Shown here: piece after piece, positions 47,765 through 59,961 of the stretch | Layout of the letters: each line of letters begins with the position of its first letter | Numbering within the stretch: the stretch's first letter is position 1 | Assembly (NCBI RefSeq): GCF_004010195.1 | Contig: NC_057750.1 | Span: forward strand, 1,510,417-1,574,416 | From: Chiloscyllium plagiosum | Taxonomy: Eukaryota | Direction: 5' to 3' | Length of the DNA: 64,000 nt | Made by a program: the position numbers and the translations under genes | The notes under the pieces: generated by a model | What the model was told of the DNA's origin: nothing | Database searches by the model: none | The model's input: the letters and a program-made list of their open reading frames with translations, nothing else

Positions 47765-48550
47765 GGGTATGTGGCTTAAATCCTACCATAACCAGCAATC
47801 TGTCCTGGTCCACCCACATTGATGCAACGGTAAAAACAATGACTGCAGATGCTGGAAACCAGATTCTGGATCAGTGGTGCTGGAAGAGCACAGCAGTTCA
47901 GGCTCCTCGGATGCTGCCTGAACTGCTGTGCTTTTCCAGCACCACTGATCCAGAACATTGATGCAACGGCCAAGGAGGCACAACATAGCCTCTCTTTCCT
48001 CAGGAGGCTAAGGAAATTCAGCGTGTCCATAAGGACCCTCACCATCTTTTACAGATGCACCATCGAAAGCATTCTATCTGTGTGCATCACAGCTTGGGAA
48101 GGCAAGTGCTCTGCCCAAGTGCTCTGCTACAGATGGGTAGTGTGCACAGCCCGGACCATCACGGAAGCCAATAGAATCCATTTACACAGCTCCCTGCCAC
48201 GGAAAGGCTGCCAACATCATCAAAGAGCCCTCCCACCCGGTAATGATCTCCTTCAACCTCTTCCTTCAGGCAGAAGATACAGAGGTTTGAACACGCGCAC
48301 CAGCAGGTTCAGGAACAGATCATCCCTGCCGTTATCAGACTGCTGAGTGGACCTCTTTAAATTCAAATAATGTTGGACCTTGCTGTGTGCCCCTCCTGTG
48401 CAGCTGTAACCCTGTATTCCTCGCTCTGTCTCAGCACCCTGTAATCTGTATGTCCTTGTTTGCTATGGTTTGTCTGTACTGCTCACAAAGCAAAACGTTT
48501 CACTGTAATTAGGTACACATGACTACAATAAATCAAATCAAATCAAAATC
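47765..48550 (+). mobile_element. Rex1/Babar-type LINE 3' end
   Basis: LSWSTHIDAT-AKEAQHSLSFLRRLRKF..FYRCTIESILSVCITAW..LPSGRRYR; AATAAA plus (ATCAA)n tail. Confidence 0.9.
47831..47954. mobile_element. Fold-back Penelope-derived insert with perfect 15-bp TSD
   Basis: ACATTGATGCAACGG at 47816-47830 and 47955-47969; 40-bp inverted arms. Confidence 0.9.
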
Positions 48551-48554
48551 AAAG

Positions 48555-49610
48555 TCAGATGGTAAAATTTAATTTAAATTACCTTTCTTTAAAATTTGAA
48601 ATTATAAAACTGGTTTATTAGTGGTTATAAAATGTTGATCATAAGACCCCCCACATAACTGGCTAATGTTCTTTAAAGAAGGAAAACTCCAATCTGACTT
48701 ATCTGAACCTCCAGGTCCACAGTGGTGTGGTTAACTTGTGACGGTCATCTGAGACGCCCCAGCAAGCCACCAGTTGTATCAAGCAGCTGGAAAACCTAAA
48801 GAAAGGAATTATACTACAAGCACTATTCTGCATCAACCTAGGTATCCTGAACAATAACCACAAACCCAACCCTGCAAAACTCCTCCCTACCAACATCTGG
48901 GGGGCTAGTGCCAAATTTCGGAGAGCTGTCTCACAGACTAGTCAAGCAATAGCCTGACATGGCCATACTCACGGAATCATACCTTACAGACAATGTCCTG
49001 GGCACCACCAACAGACCTCACTAGAGGTGGTGGCATAGTGGGACATGGTCAAGATGGAATTGTGCTGGGAGTCCTCAACAATGGCTCGATACTGCATGAT
49101 CCCTGATGTACCAGGCCAACCACAGGCACAATGACACCTCCTTCTGATTTCCACATGTGAGGCTCTTCACCGTCCACCACCAGGAGTGGCTCAGCAGCAG
49201 TACCACATACCGATCTGCTCATGTCCTGAAGGTCATAGCTACCAGCCTGAGTCTGCAGCAAGTGGTAAGGGAACTAGCAAGACAGAAAAATATACTTGAC
49301 CTCTTCCTCAGGAATCTGCCTGCCACTGATGTGTCTGTCCCTGATAAAGTAACCACCGCTCAGTGCTTGTGGAGATAAAGTCCCATCTTCACATGGAGAA
49401 TATCCTCCATTACTTTGTGTGGCATTATCGCTGTGTTAAATGGGACAGACTCCGAACAGATCTAGCAACTCAAGACCAGGTATCCATGAGGCACTGTAGG
49501 CCATCAACAGCAGCACAATCTGTAACCACATGGCCCAGCATATCCCCCACTCAACCATTGCCATCTGCCAGGGGGAATCAACCCTGGTTCAATGGAGAAT
49601 GCAGGGTGGA
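48555..49610 (+). mobile_element. Probable 5' region of the second LINE family: UTR and degenerate APE endonuclease
   Basis: TNIWG(fs)LVPNFGELSHRLVKQ*PDMAILTESYL, later NILDLFL and QPWFNGEC, typical of an APE domain and the following linker. Confidence 0.75.
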
Positions 49611-49817
49611 CACGAAATGCTGACCCAGCCAGCATAGTCCACATCAAAAGAGATTTGTGCAAATTTTTACCATTGAGAATACACTAGTTAACGATGATCA
49701 ACAGTTAACTGCTGAGGTTTGTTTGCATTTATACGAGGCATTACATTGAGGAATGAGCCAGAAATTACCATTTTGTTCAGCTGAGTCAGTGTCACTTGTG
49801 TTTGTCTGCAGAGGACA

Positions 49818-49980
49818 GGATTCACTGATGCCCTTTCAGGAAAGAAACTGCCATTCTGACCTACATGTGACTCCAGATTCACAGCAATGTGGTCAACTCT
49901 TAACTGCCCACTGGGCAATTAGAGATAGACAATAAATGCTGACCTAGCCAGCGCTGTCCCCGTCTCGTGAATGAATAAAG
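49818..49980 (+). mobile_element. SINE-like element of the second-LINE type (3' half)
   Basis: CTACATGTGACTCCAGA..GGGCAATTAG..AATAAATGCTGACCTAGCCAGCG. Confidence 0.8.
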
Positions 49981-50506
49981 AGAAAAGAAACCATTGACCA
50001 GGGCTACACACGGTTATTATTTGTCTGGCATCTACTTTACTGAATTTAAATTTTATAGGAGTCTGGGATCCCTGTACCCCCTGCATTAAGCTGGGGTTCT
50101 GCATTACTATCCCAGTGGCATTACCACTGTGCCAACACCTCCTTAAAGGACAGCAGTATATTAAAGATGGCGCTGAAGCATTATGGGTGTGACACAAGGA
50201 GAACTCTTTGCCTTTGTGTTCTCCTATTCACCTCTGAAAGAAATCCCAGTGTAAATAAATAAATGAACTGTCAATATAATTCATTAGACAGAAATATGTT
50301 GATGACACTTCTTAATATTCAAGCTCAATTGCTAAGGCAAAAAAAGAACCAGACTTCCAAACATGTCACATGCTATCTACCTTTTTGAGTAAGATGAGCA
50401 AGTGGTGTCATGGCAAGCCAAATCTGCAACTCAGCAAGATGAATTATTTCTCATCTTGTTGACACACACAGTATGATCCACAATTAGATTAGCAAATCTT
50501 CTTCTG

Positions 50507-51125
50507 TGTTATGAACCAGACTAAACCTCCTCAGAATATATTTCAAAGATAGCCTAGACCCTAATGTTTTCTTATTTTAAAGGTATGTGTAAGGTGCTGT
50601 GTTCCAGATGCAATTCAATTGGTCAAACTACTCCACTTTAAGCAAAGCACTCTTTATTCTTGCACAGCAGTTAAGATACAGACAAAAGACAATTTTTAAA
50701 CTTGGCTATTAGAATGCTTATCAAAATAATAGATATATTAAGTATTACTGTTCCAATTAACTGTTCCAGTATAGTAATGTCCCATAAACACATTCTCGGC
50801 AAAAGCAATTTCGGTAAAACAGGTTTCCTCTTATGCAATTCAGGTAGCAGGAAGAGAACCCCAGCTTTTAGCTGTAACAGAGAGGAAAATAAGAGCTTCC
50901 ACATCCAGCTTCAAGACCCCAGCAACTGCTGCAAGCTAAACCTAAAAACCACAGTTCTGTGGGAGCTTGACCACACCCATTCAGGCTGCTTCTATTGTTC
51001 CAGAATTTTAAAAAGCCCAAGGCTCAACAAGCTGTTTAATTTATTGACTTTGTGCAGACCACTGGACATCTCTGTGTCAACCTTTTTTCATAAAGAAACC
51101 AGGACAAAATACCCTTCTTATCATC
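50507..51125 (-). mobile_element. Probable solo LTR
   Basis: Reverse strand ends ...CATAACA with an AATAAA upstream (TTTATT at ~50653); recognised by pattern only. Confidence 0.4.
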
Positions 51126-51179
51126 ATTCCTGTCACTCACCACAGCATTGCACAATTTCCTTTTCTGTCGCTTTGACAG

Positions 51180-51440
51180 TTCAATTCCAGCCTCAGGCGA
51201 CTGTCTGTGTGGAGTTTGCACATTCTCCCCGTGCCTGCGTGGGTTTCCTTTGGGTGCTCCGGTTTCCTCCCACAGTCCAAAGATGTGCAGGTTAGGTGGA
51301 TTGGCCATGCTAAATTGCCCATAGTGTTAGGTGCATTAGTGAGAGGGAAAATGGATCTGGGTGGGTTACTCTTCAGAGGGTCGATGTGGACTTGTTGGGC
51401 TGAAGGGCCTGTTTCTACACTGTAGGGAATCTAATCTAAT
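51180..51440 (+). mobile_element. HE1-type SINE (5' truncated)
   Basis: V-domain and (AATCT)n tail. Confidence 0.9.
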
Positions 51441-51717
51441 GTAGTCATTGTGAAGATTAATTCCAGACTGTAATTTATCCCTATTCATCAACAAGATTTG
51501 TTAAAAGCTCTAAATACAGACTGTAGCTGAACTAAATTCAAAGCAGGCTGTGGAGTGGGTTACCTTGATATGGTCTTATTGTTTTATTCATTCACAGGAT
51601 GTGGGTGTCACTGGCTAGACCAGGAGCTGTTGCCCAGAGGGCAGTTAAGAGTCACCCAGATCCGTGTAGGTCTGGAGTCACGTGTAGACTAAACAAGGCT
51701 GGCAGATTTCCTTCCCA

Positions 51718-51838
51718 GGAGAAAGTGAGGACTGCAGATGCTGATTCCTGAGGAAGGGCTCATGCCCGAAACATCGATTCTCCTGCTCCTTGGATGCTGC
51801 CTGACCTGCTGCGCTTTTCCAGCAACACATTTTCAGCT
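51718..51838. mobile_element. Internally inverted Penelope-derived insert with perfect 15-bp TSD
   Basis: CAGATTTCCTTCCCA at 51703-51717 and 51839-51853. Confidence 0.9.
51744..51779 (+). ncRNA. Minimal hammerhead motif, core retained
   Basis: AUUC-CUGAGGA-A-GGGC(UCAU)GCCC-GAAAC-AUC-GAUU; AUC is probably CpG decay of GUC. Confidence 0.6.
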
Positions 51839-52259
51839 CAGATTTCCTTCCCAAAAAGGCATGGGAACCAGGTGGGTTTCCACCCAATAATTGGAGATTA
51901 GACCCTCCAATCCAGATTTCTGAATTTAATTCTGTCATCTACCACTACAAGAATCGAACCTGGGGCGCCATAGCATTCCCAGGAATCTGGATTAATCGCC
52001 CAGTGATAATCCTGCGAGGCTATCACTTCCTCTGGTCCTATTGCTGATGGAATGTTGTTGGGTCTCACATATTAGTTACAGAATGTCACTAACAAACAAC
52101 AAGTGGGAAGCTGCAACAAGGGAAGAATATTATAGAATGCAAGGCAATGATTGCAAAAGGGTCTGACATCAATGATATTGGAATCATGCAGCACTGGAGG
52201 AGGCTGTTCAGCTCATCAGGTCTGTTTCTCACAAACTATCCACCAATGGAGTATTTCAC

Positions 52260-53235
52260 AGAGTTCTTACAGTGCACAAGGATGCCATTCAGCCTATCAT
52301 ACCGTTCTATCCCCTGGTGCCAATCTCCTGCCTTTTCCCCATATCCCTGCACCCATTTCTATCCAAATAACCATTCAATGACCGACTTGAATGCCTCATT
52401 TGAACCTGCCTCCCCCAGGTTTCCAGGCTGTAACCACTTGCTGTGGGGAAGCGTATTTTTCTCACATCGCCCTCGCTTCATTTGCACCTTGCTTCAAGTC
52501 TATTCCCTCTCGTTCTCATTTCTTTTCCAAGCAGTAATAGCTTCACCCTATTCACTCTCTCCAGCTCGTGGGTTTGGAAAGGTCTATCTAATCTTCTCTC
52601 AGAGTCCTTCTCTCCAAAGACAACTGTCCCAATTGCTTCACAAGCAATGACAGAAATTGCCGGGAAAACTCCCAGCAGCATCCGTGGAGAGAAAGCAGAG
52701 TTAACATTTCAGGCCCAGGGAACCTCCTTCAAAACTGCTTCAATCTACCCTGGTCACTGAAGTTTCTTATTCCCGGAACCATTCTTGTAAATCACTTCTG
52801 CATTCTCTCTCTCTCTCTCTAATGCATTCACACCTTTCCGAAAAAGTGGGGCCCACAATCCTCCAGCTGAGGTCTTACAAGTGGCTTGTACATGATTAGA
52901 TTCCCTACAGTATGGAAACAGGCCCTTCGGCCCAACAAGTCCCCACCGACCCTCTGAAGACTAACCCACCCAGGCCACACCCCTACCCTATATTTACCCC
53001 TGACTAATGCATCTAACACTATGGGCAATTCACCTGAGCTGCCCATCTTTGAATTGTAGGAGGAAATCCACACAGACCCAGGGAGCATGTGCAAACTCCA
53101 CACAGACAGGCTAGAATCGAACCCAGTCCCCTGGTGCTGTGAGGCAGCAGTGCCACCCAGTACAAGTTCAACATCATGCCCTGCTCTTGTACTCTATGTT
53201 CCATTAATGAAGCCGAGGATAGTGTTTGCATTGAC
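52260..53235 (-). mobile_element. Old CR1-type 3' region with nested Penelope-derived (52630-52730) and HE1 (52894-53158) inserts
   Basis: MRTRGNRLEARCK and YKPLVRPQLEDC peptides on the reverse strand. Confidence 0.65.
52894..53158 (-). mobile_element. HE1-type SINE, internally deleted
   Basis: Reverse V-domain and tail. Confidence 0.85.
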
Positions 53236-54159
53236 TGCACTGAACCTGAAAGGCACAGCTCTACCAGCCACAGTTCCTCCGAGTAGCTCGCCATTGATTT
53301 ATTTTTGCCTTTCCCCCGCTTTATCTCCTTCCATCTGGCCCACCTTGCAACGTCTCCATCACTGCAGCCAATCTCGTGTTCATTTTTTGTCTCTCGTCTC
53401 TCAACTTCCAACACCTCTCCAGGGTGCACAGGTCTCTGTTTTGCTTTCATTGCATTTCATAAAACGTCTTCTCATGCAAAGAGGAAGGAGAGAAATGAGC
53501 AGTTAGCCCCCCAAGTGACAGGAATTAACTGCTGTCACTGCAGTTCAGTCACCTTCAATTAAAAGATCAGCCAAAGAACCTGGAGAGTGAAACTCATTAA
53601 ATCACTTTCTATAAATGATCTTCGTGTTTGTCACCATCAAGTGTTGCTGTGTGGAGCTGGAAGTCCTGTTATCGCATATTCAAATGTGGAGACGTGTCAA
53701 AGTTGAATAGTTTGGGTTGAAATATTGATAACTATAGTATCTTTCTCAGCTCCCCTTGGAGGGAAACTCTAATATAATGTCTTCTTCAAGTGTTAAACAA
53801 ATTCATAAACTAAAGTCAGTGAAAGGAGAGGAGGGAGAGAACATGATGGATAAGGGGGCTATAGGTCTCACCAAGCAGCCAGAGAAATGAAGGATTTGTT
53901 AAACTGACACTGATGGGCAGCTGAATCACCACACTGTCTCCTGAGCAGGATGTTGCCCTGGAACGATATCAGGAAGGCTTTGATAGACTGCACTGTCACA
54001 ATATCACTCGGTCATTGGAAGAGTACTATTTGTCTTTAATGACAGGGATTGCAAGCGTCAGTGACAGAAGATATTGCAAAGAGAAGATTAAGATACTGCC
54101 CTTCCAGGAGATCGAAACTTACAAGGGAGGGCAGGGTGTGCAGCGACCTGACCAGAAAG

Positions 54160-54262
54160 TTTCTGAGGAAGAGTCACTCAACCGGAAATGTTAACACTGA
54201 TTTCTCTCCACAGATCGTGCCAGGCCTGCTGAGCTTTTCCAGCAGTTTCTGTTTTTGTTTTT
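54160..54262 (+). mobile_element. Penelope-derived short repeat with decayed hammerhead-like core
   Basis: TTCTGAGGAAGAGTCACTCAACCGGAAATGTTAAC..CCTGCTGAGCTTTTCCAGCA. Confidence 0.65.
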
Positions 54263-54599
54263 GATCAGGACGTTTGTTCATCACAACAATGACCACAAGA
54301 AGCAAGAATTGCTCATCAAAATGAAGATGTTGGGGCTAAAAACTGTACATCGATATCTTGGAGTAAACGAACCACAGTGTTTAACCGAAAATGTTTTACG
54401 TCTGGAGTGGAGACTGAGCAGAGGGACTTTGGCAGTGGTGCGCAACAGAGGATAGTCAAAATATGTGAGTAAGACCAGGAGGGCATTTAAATCGAAAGAC
54501 ATGGAGTTTGAGTTCATTCTGACGGGGGGGTAAAGATCCATTGAATCTAATGAAATTTTTGGTAACTGAGGAACTAGGATCAGGTAGTCATGATTTGGA

Positions 54600-54997
54600 G
54601 GAGCGGTGCTGGTCTGGTGTGTACAAAGTTAATAATCACACAGCACCAGGCTATAGTCCAACAGGTTTATTTGGAAGCACTAGCTTTCAGAGCACTGCTC
54701 CTTCATCAGGTGGTTGTGGAGTATAAGATCGTAAGACACAGAATTTATAGCAAAAGTTTACAGTGTGATGTAACTGAAATTATATATTGAAAAAGACCTG
54801 TATTGTTTGCTAAGTCTCTCATCTTTTCCAATGACCATGTTGGTTTCAGTTCTTTCGTAAGTAAATCCCAGAACTTTCTTAAAGTTACATTTTCAAGTGA
54901 AATTTAACAACAGGTGCCCTGTCGGCCCAGATAATGCATTGAACGTGTGACGTGCCCTGCGTGAGGCTGTCTGTGTCCCAATGTTCAGACTGATTTA
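54600..54997 (-). mobile_element. Penelope-like element terminal region (family of 30848)
   Basis: 54624-54716 is nearly identical to 30845-30938 and extends ~280 bp further. Confidence 0.75.
54678..54712 (-). ncRNA. Minimal hammerhead motif, near intact
   Basis: CAC-CUGAUGA-A-GGAGC(AGU)GCUCU-GAAAG-CUA-GUG (G-U at the base of stem II). Confidence 0.65.
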
Positions 54998-55324
54998 GTT
55001 GAAGGTCAGACGAGATGGAATTTATTGAAAGAGAAGCTGCTGAAGTCTACAGCTGATAGAACATGGATAATGGAATGAGATGGAACGGAAAGGCAGTGTT
55101 ACCAAGACAGCCTGAAAGAAGTTTTGATGTGATTCACACTTGGGATGTTTGTACCTCTGGCTGGACCAGTGGTTATTATCCATCCCTTGGAGACACAACT
55201 GAGAGATTTACTACAGTCATTTCAGAGGGCAGTTAAGAGTAAACCACATTGTCAGGGTGTGGAGTCACATGTTTCCTTCCCCGAAGGACATTATTGGACC
55301 ACATGGCTCTTCACAACAAGAATA

Positions 55325-55465
55325 TAAAACTGGAAATCTGAAATAAAAACAGAAATTGCTAGAGAAACTCAACAGATCTGGTAGAGGAAGGGTCACTGGA
55401 CTCAAATGTTAGCTCTGTTTCTCTCTCCACACACCTGCTGAATTTCTCCAGCAATTTCTGTTCTG
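55325..55465. mobile_element. Fold-back Penelope-derived insert inside a SINE relic
   Basis: AACAGAAATTGCTAGAGAAACTC and GAATTTCTCCAGCAATTTCTGTT inverted arms. Confidence 0.7.
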
Positions 55466-56584
55466 GTTATTTACAATGATAGTCACTGTGCAATCACTGG
55501 ATTGAATTTAAAGGTCACCAAATTCCGTGTTGGGTTGGGAGCACAGATGCTCTGGATTTTCCCAAGGTCACTGGGTTTCTAATCCATTAGTGACATCACT
55601 GGACCATGGAGGTGGAGTCACCGCTGGGTTCATGCACATTGTACATTGGAGAAAGACGGAAAGAAAGATTTGCATTTAAGAAGCACCTTTCAATATCACT
55701 TCACAGCCATTGAAGTGCTGTCGCTGTTGTAGGAAAGACAGCCACCGATTTGTGCATAGCAAGCTCCCACAAACAACAATGTCATGATGACAGGATAATC
55801 AGGTTCTTCATGATGGTGAGTAAATGCCAGAGAGATTGACCATCACACCCACCTGTGGAACAGTTTCCATCCTCGGGACAGGTGGCTTGTTGGTAAAACA
55901 CCTTATCAGGAGGAGCCAGCAGCTCACAGTTTGCATGGCCAGATGCCAGCGTAGACGTTTTCATACTGGCCAGGTATTTTGGTTCAGGTTAGGGTGTTCA
56001 GTGCACTGCCTGGAAATGGGGTGGAGGCAGAGTCAGTTGTGGAATTGGTTGACTATTTGGATAGAAATGATGATCAGAGGCATGGGGAAATGGGCAAGAG
56101 ATGGGCACTAAAACTGGTACATGGGTGATAGGCCAAATGACCTCTTCCTGCGATTCCCAGACTCTGTGAAGTCCTGGAGTAAGGTTTGAACTCGGAACCC
56201 CCTAACTATGGGAGGGAGGGGGTTACCCTTTGAGCCAGGACTGTTAGGCTCTCGTTTGTGGCTGTGGCAATTCTTGGTCTCTGTCTTTCTTAGCGATGAC
56301 TAAAAATGTCAATTTTCACAAGAAAATCAACTATGCTCCTTGTGAGACACGACAGGCCCATCTGAAGTGTGTGGAATGGCCGAAACAGATCAGCTCAAGG
56401 TTTGTACAACAAGAACACTAACAGAAATCCAATGAAAATATTCTCAATGAGCTCTCAAGCAAGGATTGGTTCGTCACCATAAATCTTTGAGATTTAAATA
56501 CAAATAACCAAAATGCCTGTATAAAATATAACCACTTTCAGTCATTGTCACATGCTTTAAATATTCACAGCATAACTGGTTATA

Positions 56585-56901
56585 GATTAGATTAGATTAC
56601 ATTACAGTGTGGAAACAGGCCCTTCGGCCCAACAAGTCCACACCGCCCCGCCGAAGCGAAACCCACCCATACCCCTACATTTACCCCTTACCTAACACTA
56701 CGGGCAATTTAGCATGGCCAACTCACCTGACCCTGCACATCTTTTGGACTGTGGGAGGAAACCAGAGCACCCAGAGGAAACCCATGCAGACACGGGGAGA
56801 ACGTGCAAACTCCACACAGTCAGTCGCCTGAGGCGGGAAATGAACCCGGGTCTCAGGCGCTGTGAGGCAGCAGTGCTAACCACTGTGCCACCGTGCCACC
56901 C
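56585..56901 (-). mobile_element. HE1-type SINE, full length
   Basis: GGTGGCACGGTGGCACAGTGGTTAGCAC head, V-domain, (TAATC)n tail. Confidence 0.95.
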
Positions 56902-57466
56902 ACAGTGATTGTGCCTGATACATCACTCTCATCATCATCAGACAATCTGAAGGTTAGTTACACAAACCATGTCATAATTAGAGTATTCAGGACTGGAAGC
57001 TGTGACAATCTATTGCAGACACATTTTAAATTCAAGCCCCATATTTCCTGCTTTACACCAGGGGGGTTCACAGAGGCGTCAAATTACAAAGTAATTATCA
57101 AAGTACAAAGGATGACTGCGTGGATATAAATGCTAGCAGCAGCTAGTGGGGTTGAATGGCTTGCTCCTGTGCTGGAACTTCAAGGTGACAGAAACGCAAG
57201 AGCAGCAGTGTTTACGGAGGGTGAAGGGAGCAGTTAAGGAGGGAGCTCTGAAATGTGGGCTATGCAGGTGCCTTCTGGCCAGTTCTCTCAATTCTTTGAG
57301 CCCCCTGCATTTCCTTCTTTCCTTTAACACTCTCTCCACACTCCCACTGTTCCTTCCTGCTTCACTATTTCTGCTCTCTTCTATCTCATTTTGCCAGTTC
57401 TCCTCCATTTTCGCAATCACCTTCTCCCTTATACCTTTTCCATCAGTATCCCACTCAGCCTCCAAA

Positions 57467-59912
57467 ATCAGTCAGTATCAGATCATACAGAATCAGATCA
57501 CAATCAGAATCAGATCACAATCAGAATCAGATCACAATCAGAACCGGATCACAATCAGAATCAGATCGCACAGTCAGAATCAGATCACAGTCAAAACCAG
57601 TTCAGTCAGACTCAGATCAGTCAGAATCAGATCGCACAGTCAGAATCAGATCACAGTCAGAATCAAATCACAGTCAGAATCAGATCATGCAGAATCCGAT
57701 CACACAGAATCAGATCACACAGTCAGAATCAGTTCAGTCAGAATCAGATCACAGTCAGAATCAGATCGCACAGATCAGATCACAGTCAGAATCGGTTCAC
57801 AGTCGGAATCAGATCACAGTCAGACTCAGATCAGTCAGAATCAGATCACAGTCAGAATCAGATCACAGTAGGAATCAGATCACAGTCAGAATCAGATCAC
57901 AGTCAGAATCAGATCACAGTCGGAATCAGATCACAGTCGGAATCAAATCATAGTTGGAATCAGATCATAAAATCGGAATCAGATCATAGTCAGAATCAGA
58001 TCACAGTCAGAATCAGTTCACAGTCGGAATCAGATCACAGTCAGAATTAGATCACAGTTGGAATCAGATCACAGTCAGAATTAGATCGCACAGAATCAGA
58101 TCAGAATCAGATCACAGTCAGAATCAGATCATAAAGTCGGAATCAAATCACAGTCAGAATTAGATTGCACAGAATCAGATCACACAGTCAGAATCAGATC
58201 ACACAGTCAGAACAGATCACAGTCAGAATCAGATCACAGTCAGAATTAGATCGCACAGAATCAGATCACAGTCTGAATCAGATTACAGTCAGAATCAGAT
58301 TATACAGTTGGAATCAGATCAAAGTCAGAATTAGATCACACAGAATCAGATCACAGTCAGAATCAGATCATTATCAGAACTAGATCACAGTCAAAATCAG
58401 ATCACACTCAGAATTAGAGCACACTCAGAATCATATCACAGTCAGAATAAGATCACAGTCAGAACCAGATCACAGTCGGAATCAGATCACAGTCGGAATC
58501 AAATCATAGTTGTAATCAGATCATAGTCGGAATCAGATCACCATCAGAATCAGATCACAGTCAGAATTAGATCACAGTCAGAATCAGATCACAGTCAGAA
58601 TCAGATCACAGTCAGAATCAGATCGCACAGAATTAGATCACCGTCTGAAACAGATCACAGTCAGAATCAGATCACACAGATCAGATCACAGTCAGAATTA
58701 GATCACAGTCAGAATCAGATCACAGTCAGAATCAGATCACAGTCAGAATCAGATCACAGTCGGAATCAAATCATAGTTGGAATCAGATCATAGTCGGAAT
58801 CAGATCACCATCAGAATCAGATCACAGTCAGAATTAGATCACAGTCAGAATTGGATCACAGTCGGAATCAGATCACAGTCAGAATCAGATCACACAGTCA
58901 GAATCAGATCGCACAGAATTAGACCACCGTCTGAAACAGATCACAGTCAGAATCAGATCACACAGATCAGATCACAGTCAGAATCGGTTCACAGTCGGAA
59001 TCAGATCACAGTCAGACTCAGATCAGTCAGAATCAGATCACAGTCAGAATCATATCACAGTAGGAATCAGATCACAGTCAGAATCAGATCACAGTAGGAA
59101 TCAGATCACAGTCGGAATCAGATCACAGTCAGAATCAGATCACAGTCAGAATCAGATCACAGTCGGAATCAGATCACAGTCGGAATCAAATCATAGTTGG
59201 AATCAGATCATAAAATCGGAATCAGATCACAGTCAGAATCAGATCACAGTCAGAATCAGATCACAGTCAGAATCGGATCACAGTCAGAATTAGATCGCAC
59301 AGTCAGAATCAGATCACAGTCAGAATCAGATCGCACAGAATCAGATCACTGTCAGAATCCGATCACAGTCAGAATCAGATTACAGTCAGAATTAGATCAC
59401 ACTCAGAATCAGATCACACTCAGAATCAGATCACACTCAGAATCAGATCACACTCAGAATCAGATCACACTCAGAATCAGATCACACTCAGAATCAGATC
59501 ACACTCAGAATCAGATCACACTCAGAATCAGATCACACTCAGAATCAGATCACACTCAGAATCAGATCACACTCAGAATCAGATCACACTCAGAATCAGA
59601 TCACACTCAGAATCAGATCACACTCAGAATCAGATCACACTCAGAATCAGATCACACTCAGAATCAGATCACACTCAGAATCAGATCACACTCAGAATCA
59701 GATCACACTCAGAATCAGATCACACTCAGAATCAGATCACACTCAGAATCAGATCACACTCAGAATCAGATCACACTCAGAATCAGATCACACTCAGAAT
59801 CAGATCACACTCAGAATCAGATCACACTCAGAATCAGATCACACTCAGAATCAGATCACACTCAGAATCAGATCACACTCAGAATCAGATCACAGTCAGA
59901 ATCAGATCACAC
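57467..59912 (+). repeat. 17-bp satellite array (A[G/C]TCAGAATCAGATCAC), ~2.45 kb
   Basis: Directly visible; 29 perfect ACTCAGAATCAGATCAC copies at 59401-59893. Confidence 0.98.
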
Positions 59913-59961
59913 AGCCCAGCCTGATTTTCTGCAAATGTCTTTTCCTCATTTTGTTCATTTC

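Larger units (their letters stand above)
51585..51990 (-). mobile_element. SINE-like element of the second-LINE type hosting a Penelope-derived insert
   Basis: CAGAGGGCAGTTAAGAGTCA..TCTGGAGTCAC..GGCAGATTTCCTTCCC. Confidence 0.7.
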
